Assembly: GCA_051362555.1 (NCBI GenBank)
Contig: CM120642.1
Span: forward strand, 14,198,001 to 14,262,000
DNA length: 64,000 nucleotides
From: Lingula anatina
Taxonomy: Eukaryota > Animalia > Brachiopoda
Direction of reading: 5' to 3'
The position numbers were made by a program, and so were the translations under genes. Shown piece by piece: positions 36,126-51,076 of the stretch. Positions within the stretch are counted from its first letter, which is position 1, and every line of letters begins with the position of its first letter. The notes beneath the pieces were generated by a model. That model worked only from the letters and a program-made list of their open reading frames with translations. It searched no databases and had not been told where the DNA came from.

Positions 36126-39100
36126 CTGAAAAATAACAGAAAAGAAACGTAAGCATGTGTGCATCAGTATGTATCTTTAAAGCGACATTTTTTTTTTTGG
36201 AAAAACACTCATGGAGAGACTGCAGTACAAAAAATATATAACTAATATGTTTTTTTAAATAAAGACGTTTGATTTACAATTAAAAGAAAATATTAATACT
36301 AAAAAGTGAGACTAATAAATATAAATGAACTCCTTGTTTCATTTAAGCTCATCGTTACTGATGTTAACCCCGACAAGCTGATTAAATGAAGATGATGATG
36401 GCAACCAATTTTTCAATACGTTATATTATCTAATCCTCTGAAATACATAGATCAAGACAAGCCAAACGGTAGCTCATTAGGTAGTGATAATGGGTAAAAG
36501 AGTGCGAATGAGCGAGCTCAATGCATCCTAGCGAGGGCATGGCACGCGACGAGCACGTTTCCTCGAAAGGCGGTAAAGATCAAAGGTTTCTCATGACCAG
36601 GATTAAGTGCTGAACACCCAGGTAAGAACAGGTGGATGTCAGATTGTGTTAACTACTCAGCCACGAGACGCCGTGTGTATTACAACTCTACTGTGGTCAA
36701 TTTCACTTGTATATTTCACATGACAGATGTGACAGGTGATCAGGGCCAGCGTTGCTTAAAGAGCGATTACGAGCAGATTAAGTCCTTTCCCGTACACACG
36801 CTCATTAGAATGACTTAGAGTATATACCCAACACGTTAAACAGTCACGAATGACAGACACATGCAGATTTAATGACTTTGATTTCAGGTATCGTACTTTA
36901 AACATCATTGTGTTTTGGAAAAAAAAACTACACAAACAATTAATACATAAAACAGAATAAAGATGGATAAACAGTTCCTTTACACCGCTCCAATCGACAT
37001 ATTAAAACCCAGGCAAAATGTTGCGTGTCACGGTTGTGGCTGTGATGACACAGTTTATTGCAAGGATTAAAGTCCAGCTGAACGCTAGTGGTGACTTTAT
37101 TGGTGTGAATTATCCTTCAGCATCAGGTGTTCACCCACGTCTACCACGCCATTGAGGACGTTGTGTCATGGCGTTATCTATGCAGGAGGCAAAGTGCGAA
37201 ATAACTAGCGGTTGTGTAAGGTTTAAAATATACGCCTCCACACCTTGAAATTAACCCGTATCATCAACTGATATTGAAACTATGTTTCTCTTGTTATGGG
37301 CAGGTGTCATATTAATATGGCAACTTAATAAGTTAGAGAGGTGGCAGTAGGCATCATTTCAGATGATTGTAAGTGAACTGCTAATTCATCACTTAATCAA
37401 TAGGACAATAAATTAATACAATCAATCAATTGGTCGATCACTTAATTGATTCTATCTCTGATAAATATTATTCTTTGGCGTAAATTAGCTTTTCCGAAAT
37501 GAAGCTTTTTTTTCAATGTGGTAATTGACCGTGGAGAGGGCCATCAAAAAGATGTTCTTGCGAAATCCAACAAGCTTTTATCTTCCTAAAATCACCATTT
37601 TAGTAACCCAAGATCTCTTCGCTGCTTTTGATTGCTAAATGTTGTTTATTAACAAGCGCGCACCTGCCATATAAGCCGGCAGTTCTCAACTTCTCCTGGA
37701 TTCCACTTCAATACAGTCCTGCTTTGTATACCTAAAGCCTGCACCAGCGAACTAGGCACGCGCGCGTTCGCCCTTGACTTTATGTAAAAGATTACACAAA
37801 ACTTGTAAGAGTGCGGAAATAACCGTTAAAACAACATACAAAACTGCTTAGCTAACATCGAGGTGCCTTGGACACTTTAGTAAACGGTCAAGGGTGGTCA
37901 AGTTTAGGCCGAACGCTGGTCAGAGGGTATAACGCTGGTCTAGACTGGTAGTGCCTCTTGACCATTTGCACACAGGCAGGTAATTTTTTTTAAACAGAAG
38001 GTACCATATTGGTTGCTGCAGACTGCGGTGTGAAGAACATTAAATCGGTCAGTGGTGAACTTGGGTGCACTGAATTAGTAACCGTACTTGAATAAAGCTC
38101 ACAAACAAGTATTTTTTTTTCTCAAAAATCAAAACAGCAAGACAAATCATGTCTGTTTACGTATTACCAGTTACAATTATTTTTTCCCTCTTCTCCAGAC
38201 ATTTACCCAAATGCACTTTCATTTGTTTAACATACATAACTTGAACTTTTTTCTCGGGTCGTCCTGTCACCGACGGCTTATGATATTAATACTCGCATAC
38301 AGCATGAAATTCCCAAAACCGAGGTCTGACATGTTGACCGATACTCCCTTCCCGCCGGGGTTTTTGACAGAAGACGAAGAAATAAGTAGATTGAGATCTT
38401 CCGAATACTCCGTCATTAGTCATATTTATCACATACCCTGGTGTCCCGAAGGCAAAATATGTTCTAAAATTTAAAGCACACCGACGTATAGATTAGAATA
38501 TGGTTTCATTTATGTGTGTGTATGTGAGAGAAACAGAGAGAGAGAGAGTATGAACAAGGGAATATCTGTGAGGGCAAAAGACAAAATAAAAATGTAACAC
38601 CAAGCTGAAATAGATTCCAGACCAGAATAAGAACTTTTTGGAAACCTGAGATAGCCCATAATATGCGATAAGTCTGCACTAGCTCCCACCTCTTCACTTT
38701 CCACGCGTGCTTGTGACCGATCACACAACAAAGCTGAAAAGTGATGCCTTTTCTTACTCAAAATGTTTGGCACCTTACAAGCGCTAGGTAATTTGATAAG
38801 ATGGTAAGATTAACAGCATTTCTTAGGCATGTTTTAAGTTTTGTTAAAGCTTCAAATCGTGTGCAAATGAAATTACTTTTTTGTCTAGAAAATGCCAAAA
38901 ATCTGGTCTCTTTCGCAGTCCAGCTCGTTGGCGCGTGCGTGCGATATCATAGGTCACTCGGTGCGTCATCCAAAAGTGCAAATTGCTAATCACGCGTTAT
39001 TGATTCAAGGAAATGTCCAGGTGAAAACGTCAACAATAGGCAAACGACTTAAAAAGTTCTCTAATTTACAACACACAAAGACAACTGAAACTTCAGACTT

Positions 39101-42100
39101 AAAAAATTAGTCTTAAAAAAAGCAAACGAAAACTGCAACAAGCCACATTTTTTTCAAAACATGTTCCAAAAAGCGAAGAACCCATTTTTCATTTGTTTCA
39201 CCGCGTCGGTTGCTTTTCTACCTCATTCCCTGAAGGCTGAAGCATTTAAAAACCCATTCCGCTGTGGTTGGTTGGCCCTACAAGATGGAGGGGCGGCCCA
39301 GGTCGCTGCAAATATGTTGCTGCTTCCGTTAAGATCTGTCATCAGGTTTCTCACCCAACGGTTTTCTCTAATGTTTCTACATAAATTGTCACTGAAACTG
39401 ATCCTCGTACATCGCCTGCCGAGTATGCGATATCACAGAGGTCGGGAAACCACTTGACTAAGTAGAGGAATCACGCTTTCACCGAGAAACTTTCTGAAAT
39501 GCAGCCAAGACTATAGAAATAATGTTTTAATCTCCTAATGCACGTAGTAAGGGCTCATTCCGAATGAAATTATCGTTGCAAATCCTCGGGGACTCTTGCC
39601 GAATGCAATCAAATTAACAGATTAACAAGCCTCCTCTTGTTTGCAACGTACTCGTATAATCATAAGCTTTTTTGTATTGTACTCAACGCCAAGAAGAGGC
39701 CTGTTATTCTGCTTATCTAATTGCATTCAGCAAGAGTCCCCACGGAGTTGGATCGATCTACGTAGAACGATAATTTCATTGGGAACGGGCCCTAAGGCTC
39801 GCAAGGCGTTGCACAAAAATCACCTTGTCTGATCTCCCTTGAAAGGGTTTGGGTTATGTCTAGAAATTTGAAAACTTTTTCTTAAATAATATATCGATCC
39901 AAGCTCACCACACGAACAAATTAGACATATCATTTGCTACGCTTTCCAGGCTGTTTGCGACTGTCGAAAATGGGGCACACTAGACCCTAACATACAGCTG
40001 ACGGGCAAGGCGGGGCAGTCGGCCGGGTGACAGGACTCCAAAAATCAGGAACCTTTTCACTCCAGGCACTTTTTCCAGCCGCTCTAATAACTTATCTTCA
40101 TCTCTAGACTCCTGCCACAGTAAATTAAAATTCTGACACGTTTTATCATTTTCTGAAATCGTTTCTCAGTTTCTTCTTTTTTCATTCGAAGGTTATGTGT
40201 CGAAACAGGAAGTAATCCAAACAAGCCAGTTGAAACAAAAGTTTAGAAAATTAAATAGGAGAAGAAAACATTTCTTTCTTACCTCAGAATTTTTTGAGGT
40301 TGGTCTTCAAATAAATGAAACCAGTTCTTTAGAAAATATATTGGGAAAATAATTAAAGATAAATGGCAAAAATTAAACTACTATAGGATAAAAGCGAATG
40401 TCCAGCACATTAAAGTGTCATATAAGTCCGAATCACTGGTATTGTAACTCTAATTTAATGTTATGAAAATGATATCACAATTATTCAACTTAACACAAAT
40501 TTACTGTTTATACTGTATTACACATAAATCTCACAAACTATAGACCAACCATCGCTTCTTAGCATGATTAGATAATTTATGAGAGGCACGATACAATACG
40601 CCTAAATGGAGCGCAGAGAAATCTTCAATGGTGTGCACTGACTTGGACTTGCTGGATAGCGAGTATTGCATGGGCAAGAGAGCGCAGTCCTATTGGGCAT
40701 TTGTAGGGACCTTGTACGCAAGATTCCAGTCTGCATGGTTTGTGCCATCTCTTTACGCATCAATATTGAACAGTCAACTTAATCAATTTTTGAGCAATTC
40801 ACATTTCCTTGACAGATAAAGGAATTCCTTTCCTGAATCCATTTACAATTTTATTTTCTGTTTAACCAAATATAATTAGTTATATGTAAAAAAGAGATGT
40901 CCCTTCCATCGATAAAATTCACTACGCAAATTTTAAAAGCCACTTGTTGAAAAATTACAAATTTGTCATACAGTGAACGGTATTCCTCGCTTTGGAACCC
41001 AACCAAAACTTGGTACTTAAATGGGATTACACGTTATTCCGTGTATCTAACTTCTTGGTGTATGCTTCACTAGGCCCTGGTATCTCATACAATACTTATA
41101 TCTTTAGTAAGACTTTAGACAAAGTTATGACAAGCATATCTTGGGGAGTATACACTTTAATCTGGCTCTGAACAAGCTTCTTAGTGCTCTTATCGTGTTG
41201 AATAAACTCTCATATGAAGTTCTTGCAAAATGGATCCGCATAAACCGATCGATGAAAAGACCTGTAAAGTAGGGGTCGTCTTTCTTTCACTGGATATGGT
41301 GTTTTCTTCCATTCACAAGTTTCCCTGTCTAGATTTTCCTTGTTAAATATTGCAACGAAATTTGAGCAAAATGTGTACCAAGATGTTTGATATTAATGCC
41401 ATCTGTGTTTTAACGTTCATGAACTGGATGTCAGATTAAGGGTTGTCAAAGGGAAGTATTGGAATTCATCTTTCCCCAGCGTCAATCACAAGGATGCAAT
41501 AAATACAAAGACGGGTCAAATTTCTGAGTCGTATACCCAACAGCTTCAAATACAATATTCTAAAATGCACAGACTTTCCCCACTTATGTTTAAACGAAAA
41601 CGTGGATTGCACGACTATTTCTAATAATATTGCCAACCCAATAGAAACCTCTCCAACACATACACGCACAATTAGTAGTTACAACTATCGTCTTTCTCTT
41701 ACGAACCTGATTTTACTAAAGAGCTTGAGACCCCACACGTTCAAATAGTTGCACGTGTGTGACGCCACGGCACGCAGCCGCTTGTTGGTCTAACATTCGA
41801 TTGCCGCTTTGAACATTTTGAAACATCAGTTACGGAATTACAACTGTTGTGTCTGCTAAAGTGCAATACCGTTAAGGGGTTAACATAATATCAGTCAGGG
41901 CCGTTTTTTATTAAGCGGGTGCGTTAATAGTTCACGGCATCAAGACGCTTGCGAAATAATATAGTTGCAGTTATAAGAAAGTGAACGCGGGGTAAAAATA
42001 AAAGCCGGCGATGGTTAATTGACCACAGGTTCAAAACAACTTTGTCAAGAAAGCCGCTTCAAAAAGAAACACTTTAAAAACTTTGCGAATGTGTACTAAA

Positions 42101-44259
42101 ATAATCTTCCGAAAACAAAACTCCACAAAAGATTTCAAAGCCGCCAAAGCGCATTAAAAGCGAACAGCCCTGATTATTTTCCTATTAAGTTTTTGAAGTG
42201 ACTGGGCTCGCCCTCTGTCATCGTCGAATCAAAAGTTGTACGGCCTTCAATTACCAATGTGTTGGTTGTCAGAATAGCACTTTTTATGGTTATTTTGACA
42301 CCCTCTTATCAATAATTTGGACTTTATCTCAATTGAGACGCATGATAATTGGCCAAATTAACACTCGAGGAGAGCCAGCTAGACGTCGCTAGTACTTTGA
42401 CAATGGAGCTCTCCCCCAGACTATAGCAACGCCTTAGTAAATTGATGTCAGGAACGAAGAGTTCGTAGGCAAGGAGAACAAGGTGAACACAGTGCTAATT
42501 CATATTACTTGGTCAGGTTGATGATCGTAATTACACCAAGAAGATTTATCTCTGCTTTGATATTCTGTAATAAATCAACCCATGGTTAGAAAAAATACAA
42601 TTTCTTTTTTTTTACTTAAACATTTTTTCATATCTTTTGACAAGTGCCTTCAGATTGTTAACAATTTTCAGTTGAATGTTTTGTCTGTCTGTCTGTCTGT
42701 CTGCACACAATCGAACACAGCGTAGTAGGACTAATGTTGTAGGAGGATTCAGAACATAAAAGTGGATATTGTCGGTTACATTACATCAGCACGGGGTGCA
42801 AAAGGCAACTCCATTATTATCATATTATCAGACTCTTGCAAAGCGTTCCAGACGATTAAGGGAAGCGGCGAGTATCATGTGTTACTCTGCCACTATCCTA
42901 TCTTCATAATCGATTTTTTCAACTGTCGGAAGCCTCTCCGCTTTCAACTAGGAAGTGTCTACTGGGGATTGAACGCACATGGGTTTCCCTCGCATGAGGC
43001 AAAACCCTCAGACTATGTTTTCATTACATGTTCGTCACGCTACATTAAAACATAGATCCGTGACGCAGAAGACAACTTTGTTAAGTCAAAACGTGACACA
43101 CGATCCGGCTTCAAATGCCTGAAGTGAAATAAGGTCGTCAAATCCGCCATAGAAAATCCACTTCATAAATTCTAGGAGTCGAAGTGCATGTCCTTATCTC
43201 ATTTAAGTGTCTTCAGAATCCATAAATGCATGCGCGTCAAATTATTCAACAAGGTTAATTAGTTTATGTGAACAAATATCAATTTCTTTCTCTAATTTAC
43301 ATAAAATCAAGCACTGCCAAGGACACATCGTGAGTCGGTTATAAGGATGCGCATAATGATACAGACGTGGTTTGCATATGTATATCTATATTATCCTACT
43401 GCTTTACTGTCAGAATCGATTATTTTCAAATTTGATATAGAGAGACACGACAACGGACTATCACGCCGGTTCTTTACTATATAGTCCGCTCTCTAGACCT
43501 CTTACATTGATTCATGGTTCTGATTTGGATGTAGATACCATTCGTTTTTCTGCAACAATATCTAATTCTAAAAGCTGCCAGTGCTGTTCGTGTGCTACAT
43601 GTACTTCCTATCTAAATTAATGGGCGGATGCAAAAATGCTTGCAAAGTGCACTGCTTGTGAGATGTTATATAACACGTTCTTATTGAATATTCACCGGGG
43701 CTATATTTTTTCACGGAAAAATTTAATTGAATTTTCACCTGTGCCACACATCTATTAGTCGTGTAATATCTAACGTGTCATTTCCGACAGCATTTGTATT
43801 ATGACAGCGTACCATCACTGGCTACGTGTGTGAACTATGTCATTATAGAGGGTGAATGTACACAATGTATGGAATTAGAGGTTTGCAGGTGAGAGTTACG
43901 AGTTGGCCTGGCCAGCCCATTAGTTCCCACCTATTTGGAAGTGATTTATCTTCCCGGGGTTAATCTTCATACCTCACCACAGGGAAGTAACGCTAAATCA
44001 CGCTGTCTGAGTAATTGACGATGTTCCTTGGAATGATATAACGAGACTAGAACAAGAAGCAGCTAATGAAGATGCACCTACTCACTCCCCAGAGCAGCCC
44101 TCTCCTCTCTCTCTCTCTCTCTCTCATCATGCGCGCAGTATAAAACATGAAATTCATTTTTACATCCAGTTTGAAATTTTAGTCATCTGCATACTCTACA
44201 ATCACTTCACATCTTTAAAATATTGTTTCATTTATTTTACTTCTTTCATTATTATACCT

Positions 44260-44265
<6 letters not shown>

Positions 44266-44313
<48 letters not shown>
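44266..44313. repeat. (TA)n microsatellite in an FGF intron
   Basis: Direct reading. Confidence 0.95.
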
Positions 44314-44316
<3 letters not shown>

Positions 44317-47300
44317 TGAAATATGCAAAGTCTACACAGTTTCCCAAAGGCAAGGAAATAACTCTCTCCCAGCCCATACTTCCCCGCAAGACTTACCCGC
44401 TTGCAAGACAAAAGACATCTCCAACACAAATGGTGATGTACAGCACTTTACCCCACGCCCATCTTTTGATGGTTTATTTCAACAGAGATGAGAGATACCG
44501 TCCACAGATGTTATCACAACGATGAAACTACTGTCTTAATTTCAGGTAGAGTGTACGTACGACCCCCCTCCCCATTCATTACTATCATCATCAACAGAGC
44601 CCTAATCACCTCTGGTCAGTTGTTATTAACTCCTAGTTCGGACATCATTGGTGCAGTTCAATGTGTATCTGTTGGTGTGGACAATTTGAAGTATTCACAC
44701 AATAAAGTACGGGTTGGAAGTCTGTTATACTTTCAGCTTTATAAGTGTAAATGACATTTACATATATATTAACAGGAACCCGAATTAATTACCGCGCTAA
44801 TTTAATAGTCCACTTCAACAAGCGTCTTTTATTGAAAATTGGTTTCGAAATTAATTAGAGGGAGTTTCCGAGGCTGACAATGAGCCTTATTATAGGGTGG
44901 GACCCTGTCATCCCTGGGCTACATCTACATTGTCCTATTGAAAGTCACAAATAAACCACAGGTATTCGTTTCCTTTTGAAAATGTTCTTGGTGACGAAAA
45001 ATTAAATTCGTGATTTTAAAATTATTTTTCACCTTATAATGGTATGTTATGTTAGTCATCCAGTCGTTTCATTTCACACTACATTACACGTATGTTGTTA
45101 ATAAAATATATCTACTGCTGTAATAAGTGCACTGAAATATGTTTAAATATTAATTTTCGTATATTCCAGGTTATATGTATAATCTTACAATAAAAAAATC
45201 CAGTAATATAAAGATATTACAACGGAATCTCATTCTAGTTATTGATTGCGTCCGGGTGTAAATTAAGTTTGATTTTTATCAGAGCCAAACCAAGTACTTT
45301 GCATTATTTAAACAGCAAAGAGGAGCGTTTTACGGCTTCCAAACAAAGTTAATGTTGTGAAAGGTGACAATTGTTTGTAATTACAATTAGCCTTCGAGAG
45401 ATAAAGGAAGCGTTATTTGATGTTATCTCAGGTAATGACACGGTACAGTTCGACCCATTCTTTGCGCATACCGTGATTGCAATTATGCCGCAATTTACAC
45501 GGGCCCACCTATTTTTTCTGGTATTTTGGTTATGTTTGAAGACAGGAAGATGTGCCTGGTCCAAGACGAAGCCCCAGGCAGGACGACAGACCCCGGTCAT
45601 GTGACAGATGGGGGGTTGCGTGACGGGAGAACTGGCCCGTGTCGGTAACATGCGGTGATAACCTGCCGTCACGCACTTGTTCACCGGCACTCACATTTCC
45701 CTTCTTTTTTTCTTTTTTTCTCTATTCCACCTACAGCCTCCCCCAGTGTACCCACGTACTGTATAAAAAGTAACTTTTCTTGTTCTGCTTGTGCATAAAA
45801 GAAAAGACAATGTTTATAAAAAACAAACAAAAATTCTGTCACATATTTTTGCTATCTGTATTTTGGCCCATTAAATCACTTTTTAGTCCCTATCCTCCTG
45901 TACCCACTTTTTCATTCAGTTTGATTCAAAATTAACTTCATTTGACGTTCCCTAAATGTTTGCGCCTGATATTTTTATTAAGTTTTCAAAATGAAAAACG
46001 AATGCTGTACCCGTGCTTTTGGACTGATGCAACATAATTCTACATAACTCATAGAACATTTCTTAGCTTCGTGTCTATTTCAACAAGTGTTGAGGGGGGG
46101 CACTTTCACTCATCCTTAGAGAAAATTAATGAAAGATATAGTTGCAATGGAATACAAATGCAAAACATTATCAAAGTGTCTCCCAAGGTCTTTCTCCATC
46201 ACTTCCCCGCAGTAGTGTCACCTGGGTGATAACAGTTTTAACAGACACATCCATCAAAGCGTTCCTCCCAACAGCCTTAAGTTTTTTCCTTTTATCTGTT
46301 GGACACTTCACATTGCCTCATCTTTTAAGCCTGGGCGTGAAGTCTGCGGTGCCCCCAGGGCATTTAAATATAAACCTACGACTTAAATAGTACTTCCTTA
46401 AAATGTATCAATTTCACTCTTCACGTGGATCATTCCTTCTCCAATTCGACAGTAATTACAACAAAAAGTAGTAATAACAAACAAATAAGTTAATAATGTC
46501 ATCATGTCAATGAAAAAAACTGCAGCACGTATTCAAATATGACTAACGTTTACAAGATCTAACCAACCCATTGCGTCCTATGACGTTTAGTAATCAAATT
46601 GCTGCTATCGGTAATAGAGAGATATTTCTAACAAGTATGATAAGGAGATATATATCGTTATTGTGCAGTATCATTCAGCAACGTCTCGAGATCTCGTGTT
46701 CCTATGGCCAACTACAATAGATCGATGACACATGCTCTTACTTCATTGATACTAATTCTAGCATACAATACATATTATTAGTAATTATGTTGCTGTTGAT
46801 AATACAAACTCGTGATTTTTTTTTCACTTTTGCACCCCACTTTGTCGGCCCCCTTTAATATTGCCACCTAAATTAGACAAGTTTATTTAAACCGTTCGAC
46901 TTAACGAACTCGCACCCAAGCCCTTCCCCTCTGTCTTTATATAGCTATTGCATTTCAAACTCTCCCCCTCTTCCGTGTCGTGTTATTTCTGTGGTTCTCA
47001 CTGATAGACGGATTGATTGATTCATGAGGCTATGAAATGGCTATCAAAGTAAAAGAAACACACACAATAATTACTACTAATAGTTGTGTGTTATTGTAAT
47101 GTCAATGCGAGAGCCCAAGTGCAAACTATGAAAGGAAGGGCGGTCGCAATAGCCCCATCTGCAGATCAATATTTTTAGGGGCTCAATTTTTATGACCACT
47201 TTGGAACCTCTTAAACGTTCTGCGACAGAGTTGGGTAGTTATATGTTCTACTGACCGTGTTTAAATTTACTCGGCGGCTTTTTAGCATTGAACTGACTGC

Positions 47301-49824
47301 AAAACTTCACCAAGCGCACGAGACATGTAAAAGGGGGTAGATATTACAAGGGACATTGGAGCTGTGTGTTAATTTGTCACTGATCGGGGCGTTTGATCCT
47401 TGTTATTATATTTGTTTCTCCAGTGATAACAATAATGATTAGGTCTATACCAGATCCCCCGAGTGACCACTTAAATAAAGCAGTACTTAAATATTGTTTA
47501 AACATATAAATAAGAGCGAGTTGACACGGGACCTTTCGCTCTTTGCAAATTACAGGTAAATGCCTGTAAAATCAACACTAGGTTATTTGTCAGTCCTTGG
47601 GTAAATGTCTCGATAATTGTATCGAGATCTAAAGAACTGGCAGCGAATTCTACACCAATTCCTCCAAGCTCAACACATAAAAGAGGACTAAGACACCCCT
47701 TGAAAAGCACCCCTGAACCGCCGGGAGTGTTAAGTCAGCGCTCTCGGGGATTTCGTGGCCGGGGACTTCCCTGTTCTAGAGTGCGTATATATATATATTT
47801 CATGTATAAGCACCGCTGTGTTATCGCGTTACCGTTACCTTGTGTCAAATATAGGCGTCCCCATGACCCAAGTATGTACACAAATACCGCCAGTTCAGGC
47901 TGCGACCTGCTCGTGATGATAAATCTCAATTAAAGATTTTACGCTGTTCGGTTAAACTACCCGTTCAACAAAGTTATAAATGACTAATCATTTTTATTAA
48001 TTAGGATTTATTCGCGACAGGCGATTTGGACCAAATGTTTCCGACATGTACATGCAGCCATTGCCTTTTGTCCTAAGCTGCAGTTAAGACTCACTGCATG
48101 CCATAGCACAAAGTTACATGCTGTAGATCGACGTTCACTGCTTATATTGTCACTATTTTTGTCACTGTGGATTTCGTGTGGTTGTCAAGTAGCTGAGGGA
48201 AGACGTTCACAGCCCGTCGATCTCACGTTTTGCCGTTACCGACGGTTATCTTTTCTTGCAGCTCCTTAGCTCATTGCCTAGACGCACGCTTCAGGAACAG
48301 TGCTAACGTGGCGTGAAATCAACAATAATGTCAGTTTCACATGCAACAGTCGATTACACCGAGTTTTCACTGATATCAGACTTATCTGTATTGCATACTG
48401 CACCAGTGAACGATGATGTGCAAGGTGGTTTTACCACGCGAGTTCACTGATACAATAAACCCGCGTGCACAGTGGATACAGCATCGTGATAAAAGCATAC
48501 TTTGGCTACAGATCCAATCCTTACAACTCATTAAGGAAATTTACCTCTTCAGACAGTCGCTCACACGGAAGAAAATCTTTAAATCTAGTCTTCATTTTAA
48601 AAATTCATATACTTCATTATGTCGCTGCATAAGCAACTTCTGAATGGGAGCATTGATCTACAATTGGCTGTAATGATCCCATAGTCTTGTTATTATACAA
48701 AAGATAAAACTTGCCTTCTTTGCAGATTATCGAAAAGTTGTCGTAATGATATGGCAAATTAAGTTACTATTTGTCAACCTGTTGTTTTAACGATGAACCC
48801 ACGTTGTCGATAGGATCGATTGGACACATTCAGAACTGTTTTGTCGTAACTTATATCGGCTGAAACACCGACTCTAACAGCTCTCCCGCATCCCTCGCGT
48901 TAAAAATGCTACAACCATGCTGCTTTTACATACTCATTCAGAACAGGACGGCCCAGTACTAAACACGTTTTCGTAATGTAGTCAAGATGCTCGTGGTGTA
49001 CCACGAATGCTCGGTCAAAATACTGGAACGTGCCACCTTCGATGAATTACAGATATAACCCCATTTTTTCAAACAAAAATAGAAAAATTGCGGAGAGCGT
49101 TTACGTCAATCTGTCTCGCCTTCTTCACGTTACACTAAACAAGTTTTCCCACCATTTGTGTTAGGAATTATCATTTCTATGCGATCTACAATTCTTCTTC
49201 ACAAAAAAATTGTGGAAGACATCCCCTACGTTATAACGTTGGTAGACATGATAGCCCATGTAGCCGTCAGAGTCATTTAGCTCTGACAAGGCTATTGAGC
49301 ATACTACACAGCGGGCTAGCATACTGAAGATGACACGCTGGCCCCGTGTGCGGCGGTCTGGCAGGTGAGAAATAAATAGATCGAAAATTAAAACTGAAAG
49401 TGCTGACAGCAGAACGAGCCATCAGCACCTTGTAACACGGGCCATGTTTCATGCAACACATCCTCACAGACGGAAACCGTGATGATCGAAATCTACCCTT
49501 AGACTAATGGGAGGGGGGAAATAACCCAAAGGAGGTTATATTCCCATAACCTCCCCTATATAACTTGCTGATGTATCTTTGATAGTGATAGAATCTGAAA
49601 CGTCCATGCCCCATGTATTGACGTGTTTGTAATCTCGCGGGTGTTTTAAGGTGACTTAAAGTTACGTTTAATGTCTACAGTGTCTTTATCGAGGGTTCGA
49701 AGTCGACCTAGAGAGAACAGTACTATCTGCGATGGGGGTGTGACTTCGACCTATTCAAGCAGTGTTGACAATAAAAACAGTATAAGATAAAAACTGAATG
49801 AGCTATAGAATAAAATCCACCTAC

Positions 49825-50206
49825 CGTATGGCGAGTTCTCTGCTGTGTTCGTACCGTTCACGGTACCGTCAGGCCAGATTTGTAAAATCCTTTCTGTTTT
49901 GCTAAAAAACTTTACTTTTCTTTTCACATGTCCTTGAAATAAACTCCTCTCTTCTCGCCGAGACTGTCTGAGTAATTTTTTCCGATGCTCTCGTCTTCGC
50001 TTCTTATAATCCGATGTCCTAGTATAATATCTTGCGTTCGGCTCATCATTTAAATCCCACTTCAAACCCGCTGCCATTTCGGCGTTCAAGCGGGGGTTCA
50101 GCGTTTCTTTACTCACCGCCGCTGCCGCCGCCACGGATGTAAAGGTAGGGAGAACGGTACTGGTGACGATGCTGTTAGCGGCAGCCGGTAGCAGCGCCCC
50201 GTTCAT
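49825..50206 (-). CDS. FGF: FGF first core exon from the first in-frame ATG; FGF9/16/20-like; joined product ~440 aa
   Basis: ...GHVKRKVKFFSKTERILQIWPDGTVNGTNTAENSPY(G) aligns with FGF9 [32 protein letters not shown]; phase-1 donor G|GTAGG at 49825. Frame stays open up to a TAG at 50255-50257, so the true start may be upstream. Confidence 0.9.
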
Positions 50207-50370
50207 GACGTGACCCTGTAGACGGAATGGTGAAGGCTGAAAAGTCCACAAGTCCTATAGGATTGTGTTGAGACTTCGATAAATCTCTACTTGGCTCAGG
50301 TTCAAATTTTACATGGGACCCCAGACAACTAGCCCGTACAGTTGACCGTAGTTAAGAGAAATATACGTAC

Positions 50371-50412
50371 ACTGTGCTGATAGCATTCAAATCTAAAACA
50401 ACCAATATCCAT
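50371..50412 (-). CDS. Candidate upstream FGF coding segment MDIGCFRFECYQHS
   Basis: ATG at 50412, donor GTACGT after 50371, in frame with acceptor CTATAG|GAC at 50255/50254; weak polypyrimidine tract. Confidence 0.35.
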
Positions 50413-50940
50413 TCTATCGTCTTAGGCTGGAAGTTACTTGAAAAAGGCCCGTCTGCTGGCTGTGACTGTTCAACTATTGTGCTAAACCGGCCGTGATTGC
50501 ATGGTTAAAGCCTAGAGCACATTTGACAGTTGTGTCTCCACGCGCTGTCCGACTCGGAACACCCCCTTCCGATTCCAGTGTGGTGGGTGAGAGCGGCACA
50601 GCAGCTATTAAGGCCACGTTAAACCGCAATTATGTCTTTGTAGTAGTATAATCCTCTGGAAGTCCCTCCTTGCCGCAGTCTCCCAGAGTACAAAACTGAA
50701 GGTAAAAGGTGCCAATCAGGCAACTTGTAGGGCTCGGGAGTAATAAACCATCCTCCTCAACCAAATTATGTTACTGCAGCGTATGTTTCCACATGATCAC
50801 ATTGTACTTTAATAATAGTGTAGGGAGATAACAGATAATAGCCACAAAGGGGCCGCCCCGCAATATCGGCGTATTTTGCACAAGCATTTAACTAATATAT
50901 CTCCGTTGAATTTCGTCGAAATAAATGACAGATCAATTAC

Positions 50941-51076
50941 CTGTGGTCGGAATAGCGACGTTTAGTTTCTACGTTAAAGCGAGCGTATCTCTCTCGGCGG
51001 CGTTTCACTAGTGACTGACAATCGAAATCCCCAGATTCTATTTTAGGTTGTTAATACCTGTCCGTATCTGACGTCA
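50941..51076 (-). promoter_or_regulatory. Candidate FGF promoter and non-coding first exon (Inr TCAGT ~51016, CRE TGACGTCA 51069-51076, donor CAG|GTAATT at 50941)
   Basis: Motifs read directly in CpG-rich DNA upstream of the coding exons. Confidence 0.5.

Noticed and set aside
29891-49583. TCF/LEF motifs (CTTTGAT/ATCAAAG, e.g. AGATCAAAGG at 36577) suggesting Wnt control of FGF
   Set aside because: About seven hits in ~20 kb of AT-rich DNA is close to chance expectation.
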